Notes under the pieces: model-generated
What the model saw: only the letters and a program-made list of their open reading frames with translations
Database searches by the model: none
Told to the model about the DNA's origin: nothing
Part shown: in pieces, positions 18,414 to 27,656 of the stretch
How positions within the stretch are numbered: position 1 is the first letter of the stretch
How the letters are laid out: the number at the start of each line of letters is the position of its first letter
Made by a program: the position numbers and the translations under genes
Assembly (NCBI GenBank): GCA_964245315.1
Contig: CAXTMK010000002.1
Span: forward strand, 29,231-93,230
Direction: 5' to 3'
Length of the DNA: 64,000 nt
Source: an uncultured Acidobacteriaceae bacterium
GTDB lineage: Bacteria > Acidobacteriota > Terriglobia > Terriglobales > Acidobacteriaceae

Positions 18414-19401
18414 AGACAGACTCGCAGTGATGGAGGCCGCTACGCCCGCGGCCGAGGAGCTTCGCGCCCGCACCAGGGCGTACATGGCCACCGCGCAGCT
18501 CACGATGCCGCAGATGGCGCAACGCATCAACTACGGCCGCAGCTCGCTCGCGTACTTCATGGCGGGCACCTACATCAGCAGCGGCTTCGCGCAGACCGAC
18601 GTGCAGATCCGCAAGGCGTTATGCGATTACATGGACGCAAACCCCGTTGAGGTCGAGACCGGTACGCACGGCCGGCTGCACGAGACCGGCAACGTCGCAG
18701 TGATGAGGAAATGGTTTCAGCACTGCATCGACCGCCGCGAGATGGTGGGCATCTACGGACCGCCCGGCGCGCAGAAGACCTTCGTCTTCGAACATCTCGT
18801 CGCCGAGCACAACGCCAGGGAGATCCCGAAGAACGGCCACGGCACACGGGCGTACTACGTGTATTGCTCGCAGGACATCTCCAAGCGCGACCTGCTGCGT
18901 GCGATGTGCCGCGCGGCCGCGCTGCCCTCGGGCCGCGGCATCCAGGAGCTGATCAACACCATCGCGCACGCCCTGCAGTCGCGCCGCGCACTCTTCGTGC
19001 TGGATGAGGCGCAGCACCTGTCGATCCCTTGCCTGGAGATCGTCCGGCAGCTCAACGACCGCAAGCCCAACGTCGGAATCATCCTCAGCGGCAGCCATCG
19101 CCTGTTCGAGTTGTTCCGCGAGAAGGCGCCCGAGCTTGAGCAGTGGAACTCGCGGATCCACGCGTTCGTCGAGCTGCCCGGCATTGCCGCCGCCGAGGTC
19201 TACGCCATCCTTGAGGCCGAGCTCGGCCCCATGTCGATGGCGGAGATGAAGGACTTCCTGCAGGACATCACCGTCACCGATCGCTTCGGCAAGAAGACGC
19301 GCAGCTACTACTCGGCGCGCCGGCTGTTCCGCACCATCAACGGCCTCAAAGCCGATCCCGCCTTCGCTTCCATCGCCGCACAGAAAGAGGTTGCCGCATG
19401 A
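18400..19401 (+). CDS. MuB-like AAA transposition ATPase
   Basis: N-terminal HTH, GPPGAQKT (variant Walker A), VLDEAQHL Walker B. Confidence 0.9.
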   Translation: MQIPKDRLAVMEAATPAAEELRARTRAYMATAQLTMPQMAQRINYGRSSLAYFMAGTYISSGFAQTDVQIRKALCDYMDANPVEVETGTHGRLHETGNVAVMRKWFQHCIDRREMVGIYGPPGAQKTFVFEHLVAEHNAREIPKNGHGTRAYYVYCSQDISKRDLLRAMCRAAALPSGRGIQELINTIAHALQSRRALFVLDEAQHLSIPCLEIVRQLNDRKPNVGIILSGSHRLFELFREKAPELEQWNSRIHAFVELPGIAAAEVYAILEAELGPMSMAEMKDFLQDITVTDRFGKKTRSYYSARRLFRTINGLKADPAFASIAAQKEVAA

Positions 19402-19730
19402 CCACTCGCCCGATGCCCAAGCACGCCGATCGCTATCTCAGCCAGCCCTGCGGCCCGTTCGCCGATGGCTTCTACGCCTGGCTGGTGCGCAACAATCGCC
19501 ACGCTCCGCAACTGCTGCGCGCCGTGGCGTTGCCGCTCGTCTACCTGATCCTGTTCGGCTGCTTCCTCGCCGACGAGATCGACCTGCAGCTCGCGCAGCT
19601 CCGCTTCCGCACCATCGACCGTGTCGCCGAGCGCCTGATGCAGGCCCTCGTGCTCTTCTCCGCGATGATGCTGGCGATCTGGATCCTCGACGCGCTGCTG
19701 TCCGGCGCGTTCAGTCGGGCGGTGCGCTGA
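19398..19730 (+). CDS. Phage early membrane protein
   Basis: Two hydrophobic segments; ATGA coupling. Confidence 0.55.
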   Translation: MTTRPMPKHADRYLSQPCGPFADGFYAWLVRNNRHAPQLLRAVALPLVYLILFGCFLADEIDLQLAQLRFRTIDRVAERLMQALVLFSAMMLAIWILDALLSGAFSRAVR

Positions 19731-19818
19731 TGCGCTTTTCCTCGACCCTCGAACTTTCCGCGGTGGTCACCGTCTGCGCCGCCCTGCTGTTCTTCGCCTG
19801 GCTGGCAGGAGGCTGCAA

Positions 19819-20118
19819 TTGAGCCCCCGCGTGGCATGGTGCAGCGGCTGCCGCGCAATGCAGCCGGTCAGCCGGCACTGGCGCGCGCTCTGGATCGACG
19901 GCGACGGCGACCTGATCTGCACGCTGCCCGAGCGCGGCTGCGATCTCGAGTATGAGCGCCCCGGCACGGTGTTCGCGTGCGGCCAGGGCGCGGCGCTCGC
20001 GCTCACCGAGCGTTACCTTCACTCGCACAGCTTCGGCGCGTGCGAAGACCTCAGCCCCGCGCAGCCGGGACACACCGGCGACGCCTCAACCCAGCACCTT
20101 TCGGAGATTGTCCTATGA
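19819..20118 (+). CDS. Cys-rich hypothetical protein
   Basis: WCSGC...LICTLPERGC...VFACG; overlap-coupled to its neighbours. Confidence 0.5.
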   Translation: MSPRVAWCSGCRAMQPVSRHWRALWIDGDGDLICTLPERGCDLEYERPGTVFACGQGAALALTERYLHSHSFGACEDLSPAQPGHTGDASTQHLSEIVL

Positions 20119-20702
20119 CCACCGCAACCCAACCATCCGCCGCCGACCTGGACGCCGTAGCCGTCGAGGCTCAGGTTCGCCAGGCCACCGCGCCCACCCC
20201 TGTCATTACGCCCACTGCGTTTGAGATCGACACCGCCATCGAGCGTTATGAGTACGCGCTGCTGCTCGGCAAGGCGGCCGATAGGGCCATCGCCGATGAG
20301 AAGGCGAAGCTCACGGCCCTCGTCGAAAGCTTCGGCCAGGTACCGGCGCACGCAGGCCAGTCCAAGCGCCTCGCCGGCCAGCACAACGAGGCCACTATTA
20401 CCTGGTCGACCAGCTACACCGTCATCGAGGAGCGCGTCGAGGCGTTCGATGTCTACCTCGCCGCGCAGGGCTACCGCGCGATCTTCGGGCGGTTCTTCTC
20501 TCCCGTCACCAAGCACAAGATGGTCGAAGGCGCGCACGACGTGCTAAAGACGCTCGACCTGCCCAACCGCATCCGCGAGAAGGTCGCGGCGCTGGTAGGT
20601 CTTGCCATCGCGGTCAAGACTTCGGCGCCGTCGCTGAAGGTGAAGACGATCCAGCCGGAGAAGCCCGCGCGCACGAAGCGGGCAGCAAAGGTGGCCGCCT
20701 GA
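20115..20702 (+). CDS. Hypothetical early protein (Gam/DUF3164-like position)
   Basis: ATG 20115 overlaps the upstream TGA; helical N-terminus and basic C-terminus. Family not firmly recognised. Confidence 0.55.
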   Translation: MTTATQPSAADLDAVAVEAQVRQATAPTPVITPTAFEIDTAIERYEYALLLGKAADRAIADEKAKLTALVESFGQVPAHAGQSKRLAGQHNEATITWSTSYTVIEERVEAFDVYLAAQGYRAIFGRFFSPVTKHKMVEGAHDVLKTLDLPNRIREKVAALVGLAIAVKTSAPSLKVKTIQPEKPARTKRAAKVAA

Positions 20703-20989
20703 TGGCAGACAAGTTCACCAACCTCGACGAGACGCACGCCACGCTCATCGGCGTCTTGATGGTCGCCGCGAAGTTTCTCCAGATGTCATTGAAAGATGCT
20801 CTTCTCCACGAGGCCGATCCCACCCTTCCACATACCGGAGCGCATCACCACTTCCTGGTGATGTCTCTTTCCCAGCTCGCGCGCGGCGACGGCGAGCAGT
20901 TAGAGAAGGACACGCTCGCGCTCGCGAAGGTCCTCGGCTTCAATGTTCAGCAAGAGTTCCTCAAGAAGCAGACGGAGACCGTGCAATGA
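20702..20989 (+). CDS. Hypothetical protein
   Basis: TGATG-coupled ORF in the early operon. Confidence 0.55.
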   Translation: MADKFTNLDETHATLIGVLMVAAKFLQMSLKDALLHEADPTLPHTGAHHHFLVMSLSQLARGDGEQLEKDTLALAKVLGFNVQQEFLKKQTETVQ

Positions 20990-21231
20990 GACGAGTCGCC
21001 ACCCAGCTCAGCGATGCCACGGTCCTGATGAACTCGATGCGCGGCAACCTCTCGCGCGTGTCGTCGCTCGACGGCGCGCGCAACCCCGATGAGTCGCTGC
21101 GCGAGGTCAAGGAAGCCATTGCCAGCGGCAACCATCTGCTGGCCATCCTCGACGATCTGCGCAGCCGCTACGTCGGCGCCTGCCTCGCCAAAGACAAACG
21201 CAGCACCAACGTCACGGAGATCTCCCGATGA
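20986..21231 (+). CDS. Hypothetical protein
   Basis: ATGA-coupled ORF. Confidence 0.55.
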   Translation: MRRVATQLSDATVLMNSMRGNLSRVSSLDGARNPDESLREVKEAIASGNHLLAILDDLRSRYVGACLAKDKRSTNVTEISR

Positions 21232-21584
21232 GAAACACTGCCCGCGCGATCGACCAGCACCTGAAGTCCTGCCGCACCGTCTCGCCCAACGCCGTCCGCG
21301 TCGTGCTGATGGATGCGCACAACTGCTACGCCTTCACCGAGGCCGATCTCGATGCCTGGTGGGCCAATCACGCCGCCGCCGAAAAGGCGCAGATCTTCGA
21401 GATGTACATGGGCGACGCCGAGGAGAGCTGCCAGTTCTGCGGCTGCACCCAGAACCGTGCCTGCTCAGGCGGCTGCTCATGGCTCGACCCCAACCACACC
21501 GTCTGCTCGGCCCCGGCCTGCGCGGAGAAGTGGAGCGCGACGCTGACCGCGCTGGTGCTGGAGGCTGCCCATGCGACGTTTTAA
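21228..21584 (+). CDS. Hypothetical protein with a C-terminal Cys cluster
   Basis: CQFCGCTQNRACSGGCSW...VCSAPAC, a common phage Zn-binding motif. Confidence 0.6.
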   Translation: MRNTARAIDQHLKSCRTVSPNAVRVVLMDAHNCYAFTEADLDAWWANHAAAEKAQIFEMYMGDAEESCQFCGCTQNRACSGGCSWLDPNHTVCSAPACAEKWSATLTALVLEAAHATF

Positions 21585-21936
21585 GCTAGACGACGCGATT
21601 CTTCAGCTAGTCGCAGACAGCAAAATTACTCTCCACGAAATAAGTGTCGTCGCTGTAGTGGAGGAGCTGGTCGACCGCCGTGCCGAGGCCGACAGCGATC
21701 TGCGCAGACTTGAACAAAGCCTCGCCTTCGACAACGCAATGAGCACTATCGAAACAAACTGCCGCCCGGTTGAAGGGCGCTCTGACTGGTTCGATATCGA
21801 CGACTGTTCGGAAGCAGCGGAACTCGCTGTGATTCCTTCGGTGTCCTATCTGCGGATGCGCGGCCTGCTGGAAGAGGATGATGACGATCCGCGCAACATT
21901 GTTTCGATCCGCTACGAGAGCGAGGCCACGGCATGA
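21571..21936 (+). CDS. Hypothetical protein
   Basis: GAGG RBS, overlap-coupled. Confidence 0.55.
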   Translation: MRRFKLDDAILQLVADSKITLHEISVVAVVEELVDRRAEADSDLRRLEQSLAFDNAMSTIETNCRPVEGRSDWFDIDDCSEAAELAVIPSVSYLRMRGLLEEDDDDPRNIVSIRYESEATA

Positions 21937-22430
21937 ATAACTTTCCACCGCCGGGAACAATGTGCCGCGTTTGCGGCTGCTGCAAGGCCGGTATCTACGC
22001 CGACTCCGGCGGTGTGCGCGTGCCGATCTGCATGGCGTGCGACCAGGACATTCTCTGCGGACCACAGCAGGCCGAGGCCAACGCCCGCGCTGCTGCCGCT
22101 CAACCGCAACCTGCCGCGCCCGAACCCGTTGGGCCGACCGCACCCGATGTGAAGGAGTCACCAATGCCCGAAGAATACCTTTGTGCCGGTGGTTGCGGCG
22201 AGAAGACGAAATCCCCCGGCTTGAAGTGGGGCCACAAGAACGGATGCAAACCCAAAACCAGCGCTACCTCCCCCCGCACGTCAGAGGCCGAACCCGAGGC
22301 TGAGATAGTTGACGCGCCGGAAGTCTCGATCAACTTCACTGAGGCCCACCTCGACCGCATCTGGTTCACGCTCGCGATCGAAGAGAAGGCTCTGGCAATA
22401 CAAACCGCGCTCAGCGCCGAGCGGGAGTAA
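21933..22430 (+). CDS. Zn-ribbon hypothetical protein
   Basis: CRVCGC, CMAC and CAGGCG clusters joined by Pro-rich linkers. Confidence 0.5.
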   Translation: MNNFPPPGTMCRVCGCCKAGIYADSGGVRVPICMACDQDILCGPQQAEANARAAAAQPQPAAPEPVGPTAPDVKESPMPEEYLCAGGCGEKTKSPGLKWGHKNGCKPKTSATSPRTSEAEPEAEIVDAPEVSINFTEAHLDRIWFTLAIEEKALAIQTALSAERE

Positions 22431-22474
22431 CCAGCAGCAACGAGCACCAATGAGCAGCACGGGAGGACAGCACG

Positions 22475-22966
22475 ATGGCCGCCGATCTTGATTTCGAACG
22501 TTCGATCTATCGCAACTCCACGCAGGGGCCTGCGCCGGCGGGGTCTCTCTTCGAGACCTTCGCCGACCAGGTGCTGCGCCGCGTCGACGACGTGCTCGCC
22601 GGCCGCGACTGCCCGTTTCGCGCCGACGTGAAACAGGATACCTTCCTGCAATTCCTGCGCCAGCACCAGGGTAAGCGCCGCGCCGTCTCGCGCGAGAGAT
22701 GGTGCTATGCCCTCGCCATCTCCGATCGCGAGGTGCGTGAGGTCGTGCAGTCGCTCCGCCAGGACTTCGGCGTCGCGATCGGCGCGGCCGAGGACGGCGG
22801 CTACTTCCTCGTCGAGACCGAGCAGGAGTTCGCCGACGCGATACGCAGCCTGCGCCAGCGCGCCGTCACTATCCTGCGCGTCGCGCAGGGCATAAGCCGC
22901 GGCCGCGCCACCATCGACGACCTGCTGCACCAGCTGCGGCTCGAACTGAGCGAGGAGGTGCGCTGA
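22475..22966 (+). CDS. Winged-helix DNA-binding protein
   Basis: HQGKRRAVSRE...ISDREVREVVQSLR...G..IGA....GYF, typical phage wHTH. Confidence 0.7.
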   Translation: MAADLDFERSIYRNSTQGPAPAGSLFETFADQVLRRVDDVLAGRDCPFRADVKQDTFLQFLRQHQGKRRAVSRERWCYALAISDREVREVVQSLRQDFGVAIGAAEDGGYFLVETEQEFADAIRSLRQRAVTILRVAQGISRGRATIDDLLHQLRLELSEEVR

Positions 22967-23346
22967 TGCCGCTTTATAACTTCCAACCTCAGTTCGTAGC
23001 GAAGATCCTCAGCGGCGAAAAGCGCCACACGATTCGCGCTAAGCGAAAGCGCCCGACGAAGGCCGGCGAGAGGCTCTACCTCTACACCGGGCTTCGGCAG
23101 AAGGGTGCACGCAAACTGCTCGACGCCGTGTGCACGAAGGTTCAGGACATCAGCATCGTGCGGATCAAGAGGGTTGGCGTGGTGATCGTGACTATTGATG
23201 GCATCGATCTTCATTCGTCCGAGCGCGAGGAGCTTGCAAGGCGCGACGGCTTCGACAGTTGGGGCTGGATGCTGAAGTTCTGGGAAGATCGGCTGCCGTT
23301 CCACGGCGACATCATCCATTGGAAACCGCTGAAGGAGGTGCGCTGA
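22966..23346 (+). CDS. ASCH/PUA-like domain protein
   Basis: F..KILSGEKRHTIR...AG+.LYLYTG.R...ARRDGF signature. Confidence 0.8.
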   Translation: MPLYNFQPQFVAKILSGEKRHTIRAKRKRPTKAGERLYLYTGLRQKGARKLLDAVCTKVQDISIVRIKRVGVVIVTIDGIDLHSSEREELARRDGFDSWGWMLKFWEDRLPFHGDIIHWKPLKEVR

Positions 23347-23777
23347 TGCCGAGCAACTATCCAGAGACGCGGCGCGAGCTGCTGCGCGCCGGCTACAAGT
23401 TCCTCAACAACTCGAAGTGCAAGAGCTGCGATGCGCCCATCGAGTGGTGGAAGACGACGAACGGCAAGCTGCTGCCGTTCAACCCGATGGCCGATGACAA
23501 CGCGCTCGCGAAAAAGCACACCTGTCCGGATGCGAATCGCACTGTGCCGCTGCCCGCCGCGACGCCGGTGCCGGCCGCGATCGGCGACCTCAAGACGATC
23601 GAGGAGCGCGTGAACTCGCTGCGCCGCGCGACCAATGCCCGCGTCATCGTGCTGCTGACCGAGGATGGCGGCGAGGTGACCGCATGGCGCACCGGCCTGC
23701 GCGGCGAGGATCTGCGCAACGACCTCATCACCGTCGCAAACAACGTCCGCAACGAAATCGTGAAAGGTGGCTTCTGA
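23346..23777 (+). CDS. Zn-finger hypothetical protein
   Basis: [21 protein letters not shown]...H..C. Confidence 0.6.
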   Translation: MPSNYPETRRELLRAGYKFLNNSKCKSCDAPIEWWKTTNGKLLPFNPMADDNALAKKHTCPDANRTVPLPAATPVPAAIGDLKTIEERVNSLRRATNARVIVLLTEDGGEVTAWRTGLRGEDLRNDLITVANNVRNEIVKGGF

Positions 23778-24382
23778 TGGCAACGAGATCTACAAGTGTT
23801 CCCGCATTCCCCTTGAATTGGCCGTCTGGGGTTCCGCGCACCAAAGCTGCCGATCGCGAGCGCTCGCGCTTCGGCAATGTGAAGTGGAATAACGCGCTCG
23901 CCGACCTTCGGACAGAGCTGTCCAGACTCGGCGCTCAATACGTCACGCTTTCTACCAACATGAGGATTCGCAACGATGGCGAACCCTATGCGCAGGTGAG
24001 CCGCATTGATGATCCGGGCGTCGCGGTCTACTTCACGCTCGACGGCGTCCAGGTGTGCTTTCCCTGCGACCGCTGGCTCTCCATCGCGGAGAACTTCCGC
24101 GCGGTAACGTTGCACATCGAAGCGATGCGCGGGCAGCAGCGTTGGGGCGTCGGCACGGCCAGGCAGGCGTTCGCCGGATACAAGGCGCTGACCGCGACGG
24201 CCGGCGAGGCGGAGGATTGGTGGTTTGTCCTCGGCATCCTCAGCACGGCGACGGCCGACCAGATCAACGCCGCGCATCGCGAGCTGGCGCGCAAGTTCCA
24301 CCCGGATCGCGGCGGCACGGCCGAGCAGATGGCCCGGATCAATACGGCACGCGATCGCGCGTTGGCGGAAAGGAGCGCGTGA
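23777..24382 (+). CDS. Phage J-domain (DnaJ-like) protein
   Basis: C-terminal WW.VLG...A..DQI..A+[19 protein letters not shown]; N-terminal LSTN...DDPGVAVYF...CDRW domain. Confidence 0.85.
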   Translation: MATRSTSVPAFPLNWPSGVPRTKAADRERSRFGNVKWNNALADLRTELSRLGAQYVTLSTNMRIRNDGEPYAQVSRIDDPGVAVYFTLDGVQVCFPCDRWLSIAENFRAVTLHIEAMRGQQRWGVGTARQAFAGYKALTATAGEAEDWWFVLGILSTATADQINAAHRELARKFHPDRGGTAEQMARINTARDRALAERSA

Positions 24383-24537
24383 TGCCATTCATCGACATCT
24401 CGAAGATTGAGCGCGGCGTCCACGATCCGAATGTCGACAGCCTGTGCCTGATCGGTGCGGCGCTCGGCGTCGACGGCTGGCGACTGCTGCGGTTTGCGCA
24501 GCGCAAGGCCAGGGAACAGCGCGAGGTTACCCTATGA
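24382..24537 (+). CDS. Short XRE-HTH-like protein, probably N-terminally truncated
   Basis: ISKIERG..DPNVDSLC.IG.ALGV retains only the recognition helix onward. Confidence 0.5.
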   Translation: MPFIDISKIERGVHDPNVDSLCLIGAALGVDGWRLLRFAQRKAREQREVTL

Positions 24538-25220
24538 GCGAAACGATGAACTGCTCGATCTGCGGCGACGAGGTGCTCGCGATGCGTGGTGGGCGTTGCA
24601 AGCCCTGCATCTGCCGCGCACTTACGCCGGTCAAGAAGTACAACTGGACACCCGACATCGAGGGCGCTCTCCGCCGTGCGTACCAGGCAAAGCGTAAGAT
24701 TGACTGCACACGCGCGATCGACGAACTGGTGCGCCGCACGCGTTGGCCGCGGTATGTGTTCATCAACAAGGCTCAGCAGCTCGACCTGCGTGTGACGATC
24801 TCGCGCGGATGGTCGGCGCAAGAGCGCGCCACACTGCGCGAACTGGCCGGGGAGCTACCCCCGTACAAGATCGGCCAGCGGCTGCATCGCTCACCGCAGA
24901 GTGTGAAGCAGAAGATCTTCGCGATGGGCCTCAGCGCCCAGGTGACGCGTGGTTACAGCCGCAACGAGCTGGCGAAGCAGATGGGCGTGAGACACGAGTC
25001 CGTTGAGCGCTGGATCGGGCGCAACTGGCTGCGGATTGATTCCAACGACCGAATTACCGACGACTCGATCACGCGCTTCCTCTGGGACCACATGGATGAG
25101 TACCGCTTCCGCAACTGCGACGAGCAGTGGCTCAAAGTGATGCTCAATCCTAACTTCGGCAAAATTCGCGACCCGCGCAAAGATGCGATGCCAGATTATG
25201 CAATCCGGAGGATGGCGTGA
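24534..25220 (+). CDS. Putative DNA-binding protein (Zn ribbon + Myb-like repeats + HTH)
   Basis: CSIC..CKPC; WTPDIEGALR and WSAQERATLR repeats; YSRNELAKQMGV.H.SV.RWI HTH. Confidence 0.6.
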   Translation: MSETMNCSICGDEVLAMRGGRCKPCICRALTPVKKYNWTPDIEGALRRAYQAKRKIDCTRAIDELVRRTRWPRYVFINKAQQLDLRVTISRGWSAQERATLRELAGELPPYKIGQRLHRSPQSVKQKIFAMGLSAQVTRGYSRNELAKQMGVRHESVERWIGRNWLRIDSNDRITDDSITRFLWDHMDEYRFRNCDEQWLKVMLNPNFGKIRDPRKDAMPDYAIRRMA

Positions 25221-25609
25221 GCGACATCATCAGGACGTGGCCGGCGAGCTGCAACGTGCGCCAGGTGCATGAGATGTTCCGCGGCGAGGAGTTCCCCGGC
25301 AGCTACTATTTCACGCTCGGCCGAGGCAAGCCGAAGCAGCAGATCGAGCGGCTGTGGTGGACGTGGCGCGGACGCATCCTCGGCTACTTCGAGATCAAGC
25401 AGATCCAACAGAATATCGGCCAGTTCGGCCACCTGCACTCGATCAGCGACGGCGAAGCATGGACCATCCGGCCCGATCACTGGGTGGCGATCTGCCACAC
25501 CGCCTGCGTGCCGTCGCCCGAGCGCATTTACATGAGCGGCTTCAGAGGCTTCCGCTACTTCGACTTCGAAAGCTACCGGAAGACGGCGGAATCGAGGATG
25601 AGGCTATGA
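25217..25609 (+). CDS. Hypothetical protein, possible PUA/EVE/ASCH-like fold
   Basis: Aromatic-rich; G+I.GYF strand and terminal GFRGFRYF motif. Confidence 0.45.
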   Translation: MSDIIRTWPASCNVRQVHEMFRGEEFPGSYYFTLGRGKPKQQIERLWWTWRGRILGYFEIKQIQQNIGQFGHLHSISDGEAWTIRPDHWVAICHTACVPSPERIYMSGFRGFRYFDFESYRKTAESRMRL

Positions 25610-25887
25610 TCTTCGGCGGCCCGATGGACAAGTGGGAACACGAGCTGCAGAAGGTCGGCAAGACTGGCCTGCTGGAGTTGATCGACATGCTTCTGTTCGG
25701 GCGTGGCTATGACCGCGACCAGCTGCTGGGCATGGTGGTCAACGCTCGTAAGTACGGGCGTTCGATGGACCAGATCGCGCGGTACCGCCGCGAAGCACTC
25801 GACCCGGACAAAGCGATAGAGCGCAGGTTGCGCCGAAGTCTGAAAACGCTGAAGGCAAAGCGGGCAGTCAGGAAAGGAACACGATGA
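25606..25887 (+). CDS. Hypothetical protein
   Basis: ATGA-coupled, basic C-terminus. Confidence 0.5.
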   Translation: MIFGGPMDKWEHELQKVGKTGLLELIDMLLFGRGYDRDQLLGMVVNARKYGRSMDQIARYRREALDPDKAIERRLRRSLKTLKAKRAVRKGTR

Positions 25888-26573
25888 AGAACGATTACCA
25901 GCAGCTCGGCGAGGAGATCGGCAAGCTCGTCGACCAGAAGCGCGAGTCCTACGGCAACAGCTTCGGCACCAGCGTCGAGTGTCTGAAGCTGCTCTACCCA
26001 AACGGCATCCAGCCGCGGCAGTTCGAGGGCGCGCTGCTGGCGGCGCGGATCTTCGACAAGCTGGCGCGCGAAGCCGAGGGTGCCGACATGTTCTTCGAGT
26101 CGCCTTACCTCGACATCGCCGGCTACGCGATGCTCGGCATCGTTTCGAAGAAGGAAAGGGAGAGCAAGGAATGCGGGTCTGTCAGCGGGAGCAATGCGGG
26201 CGCAAGGTCGACGGAACCAAACGATTCTGCGGAGCCAGATGCCAGCAGGCCGACTACGCCGAACGACGAAAGCAGAAGCTCGCCGAGTTCAGGGCCGCGG
26301 TCGACCGAGCCGCCCGACTCATCCTCGAAAGAGATGGATGCCCTTGCTGCGGAACGAAGCAGCTTAGCCGTCGTGGTCGACCGCGCCAAAAATAGGAACG
26401 CAGAGGGCCTATGCGTCGCTTGTCCTTGCGAGGCGGGCGGTGAACCTTTACCAGCAAGGCCTTACTGCCACCTCTTCTTATTTCAAGGGGTCTGGCTGTG
26501 GGCTCACAACGATACCTGCAGGGTCCACTTCACGGGTCAGGCATCGAGAGACACGGGGTTACAACTACATTGA
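25884..26573 (+). CDS. DUF1599/Nmad1-like N-terminal domain with a low-complexity extension
   Basis: K..SYGNSF...RIFDKL.R...ES.YLDIAGYA.L; the C-terminal half overlaps another ORF. Confidence 0.55.
   Translation: MKNDYQQLGEEIGKLVDQKRESYGNSFGTSVECLKLLYPNGIQPRQFEGALLAARIFDKLAREAEGADMFFESPYLDIAGYAMLGIVSKKERESKECGSVSGSNAGARSTEPNDSAEPDASRPTTPNDESRSSPSSGPRSTEPPDSSSKEMDALAAERSSLAVVVDRAKNRNAEGLCVACPCEAGGEPLPARPYCHLFLFQGVWLWAHNDTCRVHFTGQASRDTGLQLH
26171..26395 (+). CDS. Nested Zn-finger protein in an alternative frame
   Basis: MRVCQREQCGRKVDGTKRFCGARCQQAD...CPCCG, with AAGGA directly upstream. Confidence 0.5.
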   Translation: MRVCQREQCGRKVDGTKRFCGARCQQADYAERRKQKLAEFRAAVDRAARLILERDGCPCCGTKQLSRRGRPRQK

Positions 26574-27082
26574 TCGCCCCGTCCATCACCGCTCCTCAGC
26601 GCAGGCGCCTACAGACGCTCTACTCGCAATACGAGCGCCACACCCTCGACGTCGTCGACTCCTCGCGCGCAGCCCGCATGCAGTGGGCAAGCGCGCAGAT
26701 CGGCCGCCCGATCGACAGCTTCAACGGCCTCACCAAGATCGAGGCGAAGCGCCTGATCGAGCAGCTGCAGGGCATCCTCAACGTCAAGGCGCCCAACAAG
26801 ACGCCGCGCCGCCAGAGCCGCAGGCTCGCCGAGAAGATGGGCACCGAAGGCCGGCACGATCAGATCCACGATGAGACCACGCTGGCGGGCGCACACGAGG
26901 CCGAGCTGATCCAGCGCGACCTCACCCGCCTGGGCTGGACGGAAGCGCGCCTGGAGGCGTTTCTGCGCTCGCCACGCAGCCCGCTGAAGGGCAGGCACAG
27001 CATCCGCACGCTGGGCGATGCCAACGCAATCCACTGGGCCCTGAAGAGATTCAAACCTGATGCGGAAAGGATCGCGAGTTGA
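26570..27082 (+). CDS. GemA/gp16-like regulatory protein
   Basis: TTGA overlap start; S...LT..EA..LI..L and LGW....L..F....L......A..+..ALK repeats typical of Mu GemA. Confidence 0.6.
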   Translation: MIAPSITAPQRRRLQTLYSQYERHTLDVVDSSRAARMQWASAQIGRPIDSFNGLTKIEAKRLIEQLQGILNVKAPNKTPRRQSRRLAEKMGTEGRHDQIHDETTLAGAHEAELIQRDLTRLGWTEARLEAFLRSPRSPLKGRHSIRTLGDANAIHWALKRFKPDAERIAS

Positions 27083-27086
27083 CGCC

Positions 27087-27656
27087 ATGAAGCCAGCCGC
27101 CGCCGACTATCCCACGCTCTTCGACATTCACCCCACCGGCACCGAGCCGCCCATCGCCCAGCGCAAAATCACGCCCGGCTGCCTGCTGCCCGCGCCCGAC
27201 AATCTCTTCGTCGACGCGACCAGGGCTGCCCTGATCCTTGACGTGAGCTACACGCAGCTGCGCGTCATGCTCGGCGCCGGTCTGCTGGCCGGTTACCAGA
27301 TCAACCGGCGCAACGGCTGGAAGGTCCTGTATAGCTCCATCGTGCAGTTCTGCGACGGCCTGCGCGTGAAGTACCACATCGCCGACCGCCGCGCCCGCAG
27401 GCTCGCGCCGGGCATGCGCTGGCGCGACGCCGAGCTGCTCCCGTTTCCGAAGGAAGACACCGTCAGCGTCGACGAGGCGATGGTCGGCTTCGGCTTCAGC
27501 CGCCAACGCGTGATCCACCTGCTCGAAGAGGGCAAGGTCGACGCCTACCAGCTCTACGGAAAGTGCGCGTGGAGAATCAGCAAGTCGTCGCTGTTCGCCT
27601 TCCGCGACCGCAAGAAAGACGAGCTCGGCCTGCCCGCTTCGGTCTCGAACCGATAG
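27087..27656 (+). CDS. Tandem excisionase/MerR-like HTH protein
   Basis: Two repeats: ATRAALILDVS..QLR.ML..G.L.GYQI...GWKV and VDEA...FGFSRQRVI.LL.EGK+DAYQL...AWRI. Confidence 0.65.
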   Translation: MKPAAADYPTLFDIHPTGTEPPIAQRKITPGCLLPAPDNLFVDATRAALILDVSYTQLRVMLGAGLLAGYQINRRNGWKVLYSSIVQFCDGLRVKYHIADRRARRLAPGMRWRDAELLPFPKEDTVSVDEAMVGFGFSRQRVIHLLEEGKVDAYQLYGKCAWRISKSSLFAFRDRKKDELGLPASVSNR

